Source: Phoronis australis
Lineage: Eukaryota > Animalia > Phoronida
Direction of reading: 5' to 3'
Assembly (NCBI GenBank): GCA_002633005.1
Contig: NMRA01000200.1
Coordinates: 468,527 to 532,526, forward strand
DNA: 64,000 bases
Positions 62,401 through 64,000 of this stretch are shown here, piece by piece. The notes beneath the pieces were generated by a model. The model saw only the letters and a list, made by a program, of their open reading frames with translations. It was not told the DNA's origin and did not search any database. The position numbers and the translations under genes are program-made. Position 1 is the stretch's first letter, and every line of letters starts with the position of its first letter.

Positions 62401-62665
62401 AACAGCATGTGTTGTAGCAGATCGCCAATAGATTGCGATAGGTATAATAAGTTCCCTGAAATGGCTGCCGATTTCACAATCTGCTTGGCTAAAGTGGACC
62501 AACTTCGGAATAGTATAGTTATGAAGTGGAGTAATTGAGGGTCATGAAGTGGATATGTGTGGATAGCCAGATGTCTGAGGAATGTAACAATATCAAAATC
62601 ATTTATGTAGACCCACATTTAGTGGATTTATTTTGAATAAGTTAGAGTCCATTATATCTGACTAG
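59422..62665 (+). mobile_element. Merlin (IS1595/ISXO2-like) transposon relic inside ~600-bp inverted repeats
   Basis: Arms ~59422-60050 and ~62070-62665 are diverged reverse complements with ~21-bp internal repeats; central transposase pseudogene; no TSD recognised. Confidence 0.85.
60900..61814 (+). pseudogene. Merlin/ISXO2-type DDE transposase pseudogene
   Basis: CNQC...SVRDGSYWF...WVFGG...TLLPII...PGSIMHSD...TVNHNQNFVD..TGAHTNHVECFW...YLDKFMWR; several stops and frameshifts, 28-bp duplication at 61217-61272. Confidence 0.9.
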
Positions 62666-62667
62666 TG

Positions 62668-62880
62668 CCCAAAAACGCCATGCGTACTAACTACTTTGAC
62701 ACACACGCGAGTCGGTTAAAGAATTATCCGATGAGTTACGGATATACGGCAATTGCCGGTGTCATCATAGAAGGTTACGAAATGGTCTAGCTAAGTGTAA
62801 GGTTATCGATGCCGTGACTTTCCGTGAAAAAACGGCAATTTTCGTGTGTCAAAGTAGTTAGTGTGCTTGGGCTTTTTGGG
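62668..62880. mobile_element. Small inverted-repeat element abutting the Merlin right arm
   Basis: cccaaaaa...actaactactttgacacac mirrored by gtgtgtcaaagtagttagt...tttttggg. Confidence 0.55.
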
Positions 62881-63279
62881 AAGATTTTTGAGGTCCCGCA
62901 ATCAAAATTTTTCGAACAGTCCTTCATTCAGTTGCCCAAATCGGCAACTAGCCATTTTTATACTGCTCTCGCCATGGGATATGACATCAACCTATGTTGC
63001 GCCATCTAGTGTTTTCATTGCTTTTGTCTTTTTTCTTTGTTGCTTGCCTCCTTGTCTTCCAAACTTCATAAAAAATCGTGATGAGGTGTAAAGGGTGTGT
63101 TCCTGTTCAGGAGAGTATTTGACTTGTTTTGCACCTTCTAGAATGATCATCCCAGTTTTATATGCACTTTGTGAAATTGCATATCAATGCTCTTGTTTAC
63201 GGTACCCTGTTCACTAATTAACAGTGCAATTTGAAACAAAATACCAGAATTGTTTTCAATTTGTAGTTAATTTGCACTT

Positions 63280-64000
63280 CTGACTTACTTGACTTAAAAC
63301 CCTTGCCACCCCGTGGTGGATAGGGCCTCTGTGACTGAACGCCATCAAATCCTGTTGTTCGCCATCTATCTTATTTGCTGCATGTTATATCCAGTTTCAC
63401 GAAGTTCGGCTTCCATTGTCCACCTCCACGTTTGGACTGGACTGCCTTGTCGACGACTTCCCTGCAGGTTCCAGGACGGGGCTTGTGTTGTGATGCTTTC
63501 GTCAGGTTTTCTGAGGGTGTGTCCAACCCATTTTTGCCGCTTTATCTGAGTCTACCCTCCCATGCCGAGTTTTTCGCCAAATCTCTTCATTTGTGATATC
63601 TGACCATTTAATCTGTAGGATTTGTCGCAGACATCTATTTACAAAGACCTGGACTCTATTAACCAATGTTTTTGTAAGTCTCCACGTCTCTGAACCTTAA
63701 AGAAGAACAGACATCACATTAGTGTTGAAGATTCTTAACTTTGCCTTGAGTGAGTAGGTCTTTGAGCGCCATACAGGCTTTAGCATAGCGTGTGCCTGAC
63801 GAGCTTTCTTGATGCGTGCTTTAATATCCTCTTCAGTTCCTCCACTTGTGCTAGCGACAGTCTCCCCAGATAAGTAAATTCTGAGACATTGTCAATCTCT
63901 TCACTATGCAGGATAACATTATTTACTTGTCTGCTATGTATACGCATCATATTAGTCTTCTTGGTATTGATGGACAGACCTAATCGTTTAGCAGTCTCTG
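63280..64000 (-). mobile_element. RTE-clade LINE, degenerate 3' end (continues beyond window)
   Basis: Minus strand GLSINTKKT...EFTYLG...DIKARIKKA...KLRIFNTNVMSVLL*GSETW...CLRQIL...WVGHTLRK; short taagtcaagtaagtc tail. Confidence 0.9.

Overview
AT-rich, intron-rich animal DNA, most likely a marine invertebrate draft assembly (one ~820-N gap and one single-N join). Three spliced genes could be rebuilt by hand with consistent GT-AG phases. (1) The 3' part of a secreted MEGF6-like protein on + (1-11212) with 14 eight-cysteine EGF-like repeats, no transmembrane exon, a C-terminal RGD, and an apparently optional two-exon polybasic cassette. (2) A complete cation-dependent mannose-6-phosphate receptor gene on - (M6PR, 6 coding exons, 273 aa). 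(3) A complete castor/CASZ1 gene on - (11 coding exons, about 1423 aa, 12 castor-type fingers plus an AT-hook). Introns and intergenic DNA hold many transposon relics: TTAA-flanked Kolobok elements (one with THAP and KolX-like remnants), a THAP-bearing ISL2EU-like element split by a nested insertion, a Merlin/ISXO2-type transposase pseudogene inside ~600-bp inverted repeats next to the CASZ1 5' end, MITEs and an RTE LINE. The most notable observations are the basic-tail/RGD cassette with a ladder of in-phase donors, tandem repeats carrying splice-donor copies in one intron of each gene, and loss of the cation-binding Asp in M6PR. All models come from manual reading; no searches were run, and I cannot establish that any of this is previously undescribed.
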